Source: Candidatus Hebobacteria bacterium
GTDB lineage: Bacteria; Armatimonadota; Hebobacteria; Hebobacterales; Hebobacteraceae
Direction: 5' to 3'
Length of the DNA: 62,982 nucleotides
NCBI GenBank assembly: GCA_029821495.1
Contig: JALGTG010000002.1
Location: forward strand, 1-62,982
Part shown: positions 38,958 to 46,821 of the stretch, one piece after another
Position numbering within the stretch: position 1 is the first letter of the stretch
How the letters are laid out: each line of letters opens with the position of its first letter
Made by a program: the position numbers and the translations under genes
The notes under the pieces: generated by a model
What the model was told of the DNA's origin: nothing
What the model saw: the letters and a program-made list of their open reading frames with translations, nothing else
The model's database searches: none

Positions 38958-41900
38958 CTACTCAGTCTCCACCGTCATCGCCAGGACCTTGATATCCGGT
39001 GCCCGTGGGAGTTCGAGAGAGACCGCGCCCGGAGAGGCAGGTTCAAGGATCACGTGATAGAGGTAGGCCGGGGCGGCCTCATCGCCCGCGAGCGACCGGA
39101 CATAGGGCACGTAAGCGCCCACCGCGACCGTATCGTCACGCCGCGCCCAGGAGGGGACTCTCACGGTCAACCAGTCGGTCGGGCCAGCCGGCCCCCTCAG
39201 CGCGAAGGTTGCCTCCCGCGGGTCGGCGGCGCTGGCGGCGAGGAGATGCACCCGGACGGCGCCCTGCTTGCCGAGCGGGATAGACTGCCCGATACAAGCG
39301 ACGGCCCCGCCGACACCGGAAGTGGTCGCCGGGAAGGCAAACGGAAGGTCGGCGGAGCTCCAGGGCGCGTAGTACCCGCCGGGATAAACGTCCACGGCCG
39401 GGCCGGCCTGATCCGGCGGCAGCCACTCCGCCGGGAGGCTGCGGCCCGAGGCGTCGAAGCCGCCCCGCGCTCGGCCGGAATCGGTGGTGATGGCTCCCAC
39501 GTTGACAAAGGCGGAGAGGTCGAGGGTGTGAGTGGTATCGGACCGGATCTTCACCGCCGACACCGGCGGCGCGTGGCGCAAGGAGGATGCTGGCCGCCCA
39601 TTGATGGTGGCCTGCCACGTCAGCCAGTACGGACCGGCGGCCGGCGGCCCATTGACGGGCACTTCCAGTTCGACCGCGTTGCCGGGCTGGGTATCACTGG
39701 GAAGGTGGTGGTCCTCACCCGCCGCGAGCCACCGGCCGTCCCACCGATACCACTTGGGGGTGACGAAGGAATCTCGAGCGCTCCAGGCGCGGCTCCCCGC
39801 GTTCCGGAGCACCAGGCGGACAGTGCGCTCATGTCCCGCGCTCATCTCGGCCGGCGCTTCAACGGAGTCGTAGACAACCTGTAGAGGATCGCCCAGAACT
39901 TGTATTGGCTCGCTGCGGAGCGGCTCTCCCAGGTCCGAGAAGCGTGTGCCCGTGTCTTCGACCAGATCCCACTGGAGCCGCCAGCTCCCGGCGGCTTCCT
40001 GATGAGCCGCCCCAAGCACGACGCCACCCGGTGCTGTGATCGGGATGAGGACCGAGACGACCTCGCCGGGCGATACATCCTCGGGCAGGTCCGCACCGGC
40101 CTCGGCGGGCCGATCCAGAACGGGGGGTGAGGAGCCCGGCGCGCCACCGCCCTCTTGCCCCTCTGTCAGCCACCGGCAGGTAAGGCGGACCTTGCCCCTC
40201 TGCCACCTCTCGCAGCCGTCGTTGCGCAGCCTAACAATCACTTGTTCGGTCGCGCCCGATTCGATGGCTGAGGGAAGGGAGGTGCTCAGCACTGCAGCTC
40301 GGCGTGCGGGGGCCTCGGCCACAGTGATCGGAGTCGTCAGTTCAGCCAGGGTGCTGGTGAACCAGCGGGAACGCATGTACGCAACCTTGCTCCTCACGAT
40401 CACGAGAGAGAAGAGGTAATCTCCGGGCGGGAGCGGGTTGCCCTCGGTGTCCCTGGTCGAGATCACAGCCGGGAGGCGTTTCGTCTGGCCCGCGAGGATG
40501 CTGATGCTCTGAGCGGCCACATTCCGCTGAAGCGTGCGGCCGTCGGACCGGCGCGTGATGCGGTAGTCCGCGGTCACGCGCCTGCCGGTGTGTACGTCCT
40601 CCGTGCCGACATTCTCGACGACGAACTCGACCAGATAGTCGACGCCGGGATGGAGGTATCTCGGCACGACGCGCTTCTTCAGTCGAAGCTGGTGCGGCTC
40701 CTTGCTTCCAAGCAGAGCCTTGAAATACCTGGTTTCATCAACGTAGGCGACTCCGTACTGGCGGCTCGGCGCGATCTCCGTGCCGTCAGCGAAGTCGTTC
40801 CAGCTGTCGATGAGGATGAGTTCTGGCCCGGCCGCCAGAGCGCGCTGCCAGTCGGCGCGATAGGCGCGCCCTTCTCTGCGAGGGCGGATCTGACCCGGCT
40901 CGCCGGAAAGCGGGCAGTATCCCGGCGAGAGCGCCACGGCGGGCGCGCCGCCCACGGCCTCTTGCGCAAAGCCAGACCCCTCAGGAAGTCGGACATATGC
41001 GTAGAATGCCTCCGCGCCGCCCTTCCTCCAGGCGCTGCTTCCAAGCCAGGCGAGCCGAGCGCCATCGAAGTCCTCGGCGAAGCGACGACTGCAGTACTCG
41101 AGGAGGCCGCCGTCCCAGGCGGCGATGCCATCCGGCTCGCCGATGAGTATGGGAACGCCTCCTGCCGCCTGCGCCTCGGCACGCGCAGGCAGTTCGGCCC
41201 AGAACTCGGGCGAAACGTGGAGGAAGAACTCCCGGATCATACCGTACAGGCGCCGCTTGCCGGAGTCGGTGGTCAGGTCGGCGCCTCGCAGACACGCCGT
41301 GTCCAAGAGCATGCCCACCAACGGGTGGCTCTTGCCCTCGGCCCGACGGTACTTAAGGGCCTCGGTGAGGTAGTCCAGTCCGGAGGTTGCCCAAGTCCTG
41401 CGAGATTCCTCGTCGCCCGAGTAGCGTGGCAGGACTACGTCGATGCCGGCGCGCTGCATTTCCTCGACCTGAGCGCGGTGCCAGTCAACGCGATCTGCCG
41501 AGTACCAAGGTCCGGCTGCACCTCTGGGCTGGTCAGCGGTGGCGGGAAAGCCGTCCGCTGTCCAGAAGGATGCGTCCCCGTCCGGTGCTGCGTGCAATCG
41601 CCAGTCGTACCGGTAGACCGCGAGGAGCGTAGCTGGCAGGCCGGTTCTCTGGGCGGCGGGTGGCGGGGGCGTGAAATCGGGCCCGGGCTTATCGAACTGA
41701 AGAGCACCGGCCGCGAGCCACTCGTTGGCGGTCAGGTTGCCGTCTACAAGAGGGGTGGGGGCAACGTAGGGGCATGGGATGAACGCGCCCTGGGCCGTGG
41801 CCAGTGCCGCGCTCGTGCTGATGCGCATACTCCCCCAGTGAGAGGATTCCCCGACGCCGAGGGAGTCTCGTACGTCCGGTGCCCAGCTCGCCAGTCCTTC

Positions 41901-42473
41901 GCTTTCGCCCTGTGTCCAGCAGATGACGTTGAACCCCATGGCGGGGCCGTCGATGGGCGCGCCGCCGAGGAACTGCCAGGGGATGGCGCACTCCACCACG
42001 AACCCGCGGTCTTCGTCGCCGGGGTCGTTCAGCGTTCCGTCCACTTTGACCGCGAATTTCACCGTGCGCGGTCCCGCGATCCAGGACTTGTCCGGCCGCC
42101 AGTGCCCCCTCTCGTCGCGGGTGAGGAGGGTCATGCCGCCGGCCGCGCTGATGACGAGGCGGTGAGCCTGAGCTGGACCCATCTGCGCGGGCGTCTCGAA
42201 GCAGAACTCGACCGCGTCGTCCTGCTGGGGGGCCGACATGGGGCCGGCGTTGGACCCGGTGACCATTGGATCGGCGACGTTTGCGGCGAGGGAGAGGTAC
42301 TGCTGGTTCCACTGGACGTGGACCCGGACGCGAAGTCCCGGCGCCTCTGCTGGAAGGCGGAGCGCCGAAGCCGGGGAGCTGGCGAGGAGAAAGAGAGCTA
42401 TGAGCGCGGCTGAGAATGGGACTGCCGCCGTGCAGGCCCGGCGGGCAGTGGCGGCTGGAATCCTGATAACCAT
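38958..42473 (-). CDS. secreted 1171-aa multidomain glycan-active protein (CBM9-like, GH99/DUF5010-like barrel, three Ig/NBR1-like repeats, C-terminal beta-sandwich)
   Basis: Start at ATG 42473 (MVIRIPAATARR..ALFLLASSPASA signal, GAGGA upstream). N-terminal CBM9-like module (YLSLAANVADP..DAVEFCFE..ECAIPWQFL..GFNVICW). Central barrel with LILIDSWNDFADGTEIAPS. Repeats containing VVENVGTEDV, VRLRNDGCERW and LVLRNAGSRAW. The family assignments are tentative. Confidence 0.8.
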   Translation of the reverse strand: MVIRIPAATARRACTAAVPFSAALIALFLLASSPASALRLPAEAPGLRVRVHVQWNQQYLSLAANVADPMVTGSNAGPMSAPQQDDAVEFCFETPAQMGPAQAHRLVISAAGGMTLLTRDERGHWRPDKSWIAGPRTVKFAVKVDGTLNDPGDEDRGFVVECAIPWQFLGGAPIDGPAMGFNVICWTQGESEGLASWAPDVRDSLGVGESSHWGSMRISTSAALATAQGAFIPCPYVAPTPLVDGNLTANEWLAAGALQFDKPGPDFTPPPPAAQRTGLPATLLAVYRYDWRLHAAPDGDASFWTADGFPATADQPRGAAGPWYSADRVDWHRAQVEEMQRAGIDVVLPRYSGDEESRRTWATSGLDYLTEALKYRRAEGKSHPLVGMLLDTACLRGADLTTDSGKRRLYGMIREFFLHVSPEFWAELPARAEAQAAGGVPILIGEPDGIAAWDGGLLEYCSRRFAEDFDGARLAWLGSSAWRKGGAEAFYAYVRLPEGSGFAQEAVGGAPAVALSPGYCPLSGEPGQIRPRREGRAYRADWQRALAAGPELILIDSWNDFADGTEIAPSRQYGVAYVDETRYFKALLGSKEPHQLRLKKRVVPRYLHPGVDYLVEFVVENVGTEDVHTGRRVTADYRITRRSDGRTLQRNVAAQSISILAGQTKRLPAVISTRDTEGNPLPPGDYLFSLVIVRSKVAYMRSRWFTSTLAELTTPITVAEAPARRAAVLSTSLPSAIESGATEQVIVRLRNDGCERWQRGKVRLTCRWLTEGQEGGGAPGSSPPVLDRPAEAGADLPEDVSPGEVVSVLIPITAPGGVVLGAAHQEAAGSWRLQWDLVEDTGTRFSDLGEPLRSEPIQVLGDPLQVVYDSVEAPAEMSAGHERTVRLVLRNAGSRAWSARDSFVTPKWYRWDGRWLAAGEDHHLPSDTQPGNAVELEVPVNGPPAAGPYWLTWQATINGRPASSLRHAPPVSAVKIRSDTTHTLDLSAFVNVGAITTDSGRARGGFDASGRSLPAEWLPPDQAGPAVDVYPGGYYAPWSSADLPFAFPATTSGVGGAVACIGQSIPLGKQGAVRVHLLAASAADPREATFALRGPAGPTDWLTVRVPSWARRDDTVAVGAYVPYVRSLAGDEAAPAYLYHVILEPASPGAVSLELPRAPDIKVLAMTVETE

Positions 42474-42622
42474 GTGGTTCCTCGTATGTCCCTTGCTGAG
42501 CGAAACGGATGCGCCGGGGGTCATTATACGGAAACGGACGGCGCGCTGTAAAGAAGGACATGGATGCGGAGCCCGGAGGCGGCGCGAAGGATGATCCTTC
42601 CAGAGGGCGAAGCCATTGAGCC

Positions 42623-43141
42623 GTGACTCGTGTGAAGCTTCGACCGATTCGGATGAGCGACGCAGAGACCTGCTTCCGCTGGATCTCGGACCCACAGGTC
42701 ACGCGCATGCTGGGCCTTACTCGACCCATCCGGTCCCTAGCGCAGGAGCGAGCGTGGATTGCAGCCATCCTCGCGGACAGCCGGCAACAGCGGCTGTTCA
42801 TCGTTGCAGACGAGAACGGGCGCGCGATCGGCACCTGCGGCCTCCGGGGGATCGACGAAGCGCAGGGAGTAGCTTACCTTGGCATCATGATCGGGGAGAA
42901 GAGCCTGTGGGACCGGGGATATGGGACGAGCGCGACGACGGCGCTGCTGGCGTACGCATTCGGCGACCTCGGTCTCCGGGAGGTTCGGCTCTCGTGTCAT
43001 CGGGATAACCACAGGGCCCTGCGGTGCTACGAGAAGGCAGGCTTCCTGCCCAGCAGACACGAGGCCGTCCCGCGAAGGCTCGAGCGTCCGGAGCTACGGA
43101 TGGCGATCACGAGGGGACGGTGGGAGGAACCGCGCGACTAA
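42623..43141 (+). CDS. GNAT family N-acetyltransferase (RimJ/RimL-like)
   Basis: Motifs LRPIRMSDAETCFRWISDPQV and GYGTSATTALLAYAF..LREVRLSCHRDNHRALRCYEKAGF. GTG start. Confidence 0.85.
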   Translation: MTRVKLRPIRMSDAETCFRWISDPQVTRMLGLTRPIRSLAQERAWIAAILADSRQQRLFIVADENGRAIGTCGLRGIDEAQGVAYLGIMIGEKSLWDRGYGTSATTALLAYAFGDLGLREVRLSCHRDNHRALRCYEKAGFLPSRHEAVPRRLERPELRMAITRGRWEEPRD

Positions 43142-43198
43142 GCGGGGCGCGCGGCAGTCATCAACCGAACGGGGCCTTCTGCCTGACTCCGTACCGAT

Positions 43199-43588
43199 CT
43201 ATACTTTCAGGCTCGTCGCCTTGGCCTCGGCCACAAGAGCGCCGTCTGCGTTCACGGCTTCGGCGGTGGTTTCTACCATAGGCGGGCGATGGCGCGTTAT
43301 GCGGCCGCGAATCCGCAGAGAGTCGCCGATCCGGACGGGCTGGTGATATCTTACCTCCAGGCGCCCGGTGATGGCGTTGATCTCCTTCTCCCAGAGGAGC
43401 CGCGCCATCGTCTCGTCCAGCGCGGTAGCCAGCAGGCCCCCGTGCACGATGCCCGTCCACCCCTGATGCTCCGGCCGCACATCGAACGTGGTAACGTAGT
43501 CGTCGCCATCGAACGCGAACGCAAGCTTGAGCCCGATCGGGTTCTTCCGGCCGCAGGCGAAACACATCTCGTCAACGTCTAGCTTCAC
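43199..43588 (-). CDS. PaaI-family hotdog-fold thioesterase
   Basis: Motifs CFACGRKNPIGLKL and GIVHGGLLATALDETMA; 129 aa. Confidence 0.85.
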   Translation of the reverse strand: MKLDVDEMCFACGRKNPIGLKLAFAFDGDDYVTTFDVRPEHQGWTGIVHGGLLATALDETMARLLWEKEINAITGRLEVRYHQPVRIGDSLRIRGRITRHRPPMVETTAEAVNADGALVAEAKATSLKV

Positions 43589-43600
43589 GCAAGCACCTCC

Positions 43601-44902
43601 TCAGCCCTCCATCCAGAGCTTGTCGCCGGCCCGGAAGAGGAAGTCGAAGTAGGCCAGGTACCCGCCAATAAAGAGCGCTCCGGCCAGCCCGAGCCAGATC
43701 ACCCCGACCGCGATTCCCGCCGCGCGCAGCAGCATCCGGCGCTTCGCTTCGCTCTCGCGCCGGTAGTAGCCTGCGGCCTGTGTCAGCATATCGGGAAGCT
43801 CTCCCGACGCCTCCCCGGCCGCGGCCAGGCCCAGCGCGTCGGCGTCCAGCAGGCCCAGCCCCCCGAGGACCTGGGAGAGGGGCACTCCCTCGCGCAGTCC
43901 GCCCGCGATGCTCAGCAGCTGCGGGGTGAGCACCGCGTGCCCGGCCGCGAAGGCAGCGTGCTCGGCAGCCTCGCCGAGGGGCGTTCCTCCGCGGAGCATG
44001 AGGCCGAGCGTGCCGAGGTAGCGGTCGAGCGCGTGGCTTCGCATCAGGCCTCCTACGATTGGCAGCCGCAGCACGAGGCGCTGCTGAACGCCCTGGAACC
44101 AAGCCGTAGCGCCGAGCACTTGCCACATCACCACCGCGGCCACAACGCCGATGGCGACAGGAAGGGAGGAGGCGTAGAACTGGTTGAGCAGACCGCGGAC
44201 GACGTAGCCTGTGGTCCAGCTATCTATGTCGGGGATGGGCTGTTGAAGGAAGCGGACGACGGGCAGGACGAGCAGAATCGCGGGCAACCCGAAGAACACG
44301 TAGATGAAGAGACGCAGGCGAAGGGCGGAACGTGTCTCCCACTCCACCTCGTAGGCGTGCGCGATCTGCTCGAAGGCGTCCGAGAGGAAGCCGCCCGACT
44401 CAGCGGCCTGCACGAGGCCTATGTGCCAAGCGTAGAAGAAGTCCCGGTTGCGGTCCATTACAAAGGAGATAGAGTCGCCCGATTCCGCGGCCTCAAGCAT
44501 CTGGCCGGCCATCGCCCGCAACTGTCGGGGGCTGTGCCGCAGTAGCTCCCGCGAGGCCGCCGCGACGGTGAGGCCGGAGCGAGTCATAGTACACAGCTCG
44601 CGGAAGAACTGCGACATGCGGCGGACGTGCCCGAGGGATCGCCGGGCCGAGGGAAGGTAACGGCTCGGGAGCGAGCGGGGACGCGCCGCGGGTTCCCGGC
44701 GCGAGGCGGTCTGTTCCGGGGTGGGGCGCATGACGCGTCTGCTCGACCGTCCGCGCTGGGTTTCGAGGGCATCCCAGCGCGAGGATGCACTGGCGGCGCT
44801 TTGCCGTTGCGCAGCAGGCGCCAGGGCCCCCTGGCACTGGTGGCAGGTGGAGCGTTTGATGCTGTTCTCGGCCCCGCAGTGGGGGCACGTCGCCATGCGC
44901 AT
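43601..44902 (-). CDS. GspF/PilC-like (type II secretion system F domain) membrane protein with an N-terminal zinc ribbon
   Basis: Start at ATG 44902/44896 (MRMATCPHCGAENSIKRSTCHQCQ). It has a disordered R/S/P linker, then two T2SSF-type repeats each followed by TM helices (..LVQAAESGGFLSDAFEQIA.. and ..LAAAGEASGELPDMLTQAA..). Confidence 0.75.
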   Translation of the reverse strand: MRMATCPHCGAENSIKRSTCHQCQGALAPAAQRQSAASASSRWDALETQRGRSSRRVMRPTPEQTASRREPAARPRSLPSRYLPSARRSLGHVRRMSQFFRELCTMTRSGLTVAAASRELLRHSPRQLRAMAGQMLEAAESGDSISFVMDRNRDFFYAWHIGLVQAAESGGFLSDAFEQIAHAYEVEWETRSALRLRLFIYVFFGLPAILLVLPVVRFLQQPIPDIDSWTTGYVVRGLLNQFYASSLPVAIGVVAAVVMWQVLGATAWFQGVQQRLVLRLPIVGGLMRSHALDRYLGTLGLMLRGGTPLGEAAEHAAFAAGHAVLTPQLLSIAGGLREGVPLSQVLGGLGLLDADALGLAAAGEASGELPDMLTQAAGYYRRESEAKRRMLLRAAGIAVGVIWLGLAGALFIGGYLAYFDFLFRAGDKLWMEG

Positions 44903-45056
44903 GCCGCGCCGCCTCGCCCTGTTAGACGCGAGAGGGCAACTGTCTGTCACCATTATACTGCGTTCCGACGGAGATGCCGAGCGCGCCAAGTGGCCGCGCC
45001 ACGGCAACCGAGAGCGCCAGCGGAGGTAGTCCCGCACCCCTCGTCGTCGGGAGTCT

Positions 45057-46181
45057 CTACCCTCCGAGCTGCATCCGCATGCGCATCAGGCGCATGATGT
45101 CCGTGCGGCTGATGATGCCGCGCAGCGCCCCATCCTCGACCACCAGGAGCCGGCCGCAGTTCTCGGCCGTCATCCTGACCAGCGCGTCCCACGCGTCTGT
45201 GTCGGGGGCGATCATGGATTGCTCGGTCAGGGGCGGGACAACCTGACGGGCGGTGACGTAGGGCCACTGGTGTCGCGGGACGCGGTGGATGTCACTGAGG
45301 CAGAGCAGGCCGAGAAGACGCTCGCCGTCCAAGACGGGGAAGGCGGGGTGATTGAAGGCCATTATGTACTCGTTGACGACGCGGTCGAGGGAGAGGTCCG
45401 GCGGCAGCGCCTGGACTTGAGCCGTCATCGCCTGAGAGATAGGAACGCCCGACAGGGCGTGTCGGAGCACGGCCTGCTGGTAGCTGGACTGGGCCATCTG
45501 CGTCAGGAACCATCCGATGAGGGCGAGCCACAGGAAGCCGGCGTTTCGGGCGATGAAGAAGAGGAAGATCCCGCCGACGATCATCAGGACCCCGATGCCC
45601 TGACCGAAGGTGGCCGCGATGCGGGTGGCCTCCTGGAGGTCTGCCAGACCCTTCCAGAGACCTGCGCGGAGGACGCGCCCGCCGTCGAGCGGGAAGCCCG
45701 GAAGCATGTTGAACACCGCGAGCATGCCGTTCATGGCGCCGAGCCAGCCGAATACGACTGCGAAGACGGTCCCGCCCGGCACAAACCTAGACCCGAAGGA
45801 GAACGCGAGGCAGATCGCGGCTAGCACCAGGCTCATCAGCGGCCCGGCGACAGCTATCTTGAACTCCGCGGCGGCCGACTTCGGCTCTTCCGTCATCTTG
45901 GACACTCCGCCGAAGATGAAAAGCGTAATCCCGCTGATGTTGAGACCCTCCGCCTTCGCTACCACTGAGTGGGAGAGTTCGTGCAGGAGAACGCTTCCGA
46001 AGAAGAGCACGGTGGTGAACGCGGCGACGAGCCACCGGAGACCGAGGGAGAGGTGGGGGAGGCGGCCGGCGAATACTCCCATGGAGAGGGCTGCCGCCAG
46101 CAGGAAGAAGACGATGAACCAGGTGTAGTCCAGCTCGATGTCTATGCCAAACAAGCGTCCGATGCGAAATGACTTGGTCAT
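45057..46181 (-). CDS. site-2 protease family (M50) zinc metalloprotease with a CBS pair
   Basis: HELSHSVVA (HExxH), the GFPLDGGRV motif, multiple TM segments and a C-terminal CBS pair. Confidence 0.9.
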   Translation of the reverse strand: MTKSFRIGRLFGIDIELDYTWFIVFFLLAAALSMGVFAGRLPHLSLGLRWLVAAFTTVLFFGSVLLHELSHSVVAKAEGLNISGITLFIFGGVSKMTEEPKSAAAEFKIAVAGPLMSLVLAAICLAFSFGSRFVPGGTVFAVVFGWLGAMNGMLAVFNMLPGFPLDGGRVLRAGLWKGLADLQEATRIAATFGQGIGVLMIVGGIFLFFIARNAGFLWLALIGWFLTQMAQSSYQQAVLRHALSGVPISQAMTAQVQALPPDLSLDRVVNEYIMAFNHPAFPVLDGERLLGLLCLSDIHRVPRHQWPYVTARQVVPPLTEQSMIAPDTDAWDALVRMTAENCGRLLVVEDGALRGIISRTDIMRLMRMRMQLGG

Positions 46182-46200
46182 CCGGGCGGCCTTTCCGGGA

Positions 46201-46821
46201 TCAGGGCCCAGGGGTGGACCGGGGGTGTCGGGTACAGGTTTCCGAGGGGGCGTCGGCGGCGTCGAACGTGCGGTTGACGACGATGGGGCAGCGGGGGCCC
46301 GCGATCTGCCCGCTGATGGCGCAGATCGGTAGGGTCACTCTTTCCCGGCGAGCTTGTGGCCGGTCGGGCTCGGGGTCCGCCGGTTCCTCGGCTGAGGGGC
46401 CGCCGTGCACATGGCAGCGCTGATGGGGGGGGCTTTCGCCTGCCTGGAGATTGTAGGTAACCACCACGGGGTTCGGGCAGTGCGGACCCGCGATGAGTCC
46501 GGAGGACGGGCAGACGCGCTTGGTGACAGTGGTCGGGGCTGTCTCCTCGCCTTCTTCGGGCTGGCTCACCGCCGCGGGGAGCGCCTCGGGGGGTGGGGCG
46601 GGCGCCTCGGGCGATCCACGCTCGCTCGGGTTGATGTAGATGATTCGCTCGGGCTCCTGCCGGGCACGCGCCGCGGACATGATCGGCTGCGCCTTCGCCA
46701 TGAATCGCGCCCAGACAGGGGCCGGCAGCGTGGCGCCGGAAACGCCTTTGCCGTAGGGATTCTTGGTGCTTTCCACAGCCTTGTTGCCCATCCACACAGC
46801 AAAGGCCAGGTCTTCGCTGAA
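46201..46821 (-). CDS. C-terminal segment of penicillin-binding protein 1A, downstream of an in-frame TGA (46819-46821)
   Basis: Same reading frame as 46822-48510. Translation continues FSEDLAFAVWMGNK..GATLPAPVWARFM, the conserved end of the transpeptidase domain, then a P/E-rich linker and two Cys-rich modules. Confidence 0.75.
   Translation of the reverse strand, partial: FSEDLAFAVWMGNKAVESTKNPYGKGVSGATLPAPVWARFMAKAQPIMSAARARQEPERIIYINPSERGSPEAPAPPPEALPAAVSQPEEGEETAPTTVTKRVCPSSGLIAGPHCPNPVVVTYNLQAGESPPHQRCHVHGGPSAEEPADPEPDRPQARRERVTLPICAISGQIAGPRCPIVVNRTFDAADAPSETCTRHPRSTPGP

Noticed and set aside
40590-42413. 607-aa plus-strand ORF. Other long antisense ORFs of the same kind are 31451-32701, 32580-33587, 38691-39884, 47116-48564, 48964-50442 and 45219-45824.
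   Set aside because: All lie opposite genes with strong family signatures and have R/G/A/P-biased, motif-free translations. They are high-GC shadow ORFs.
46819-46821. UGA reassigned to glycine (genetic code 25) or to selenocysteine, as an explanation for the in-frame TGA in PBP1A.
   Set aside because: TGA ends many well-supported genes in this window, for example at 10976, 19848, 20582, 22000, 23454, 33949 and 35052. The prfB autoregulatory site depends on UGA being read as a stop. The position is a conserved Gly rather than a Cys, and I saw no SECIS-like hairpin.
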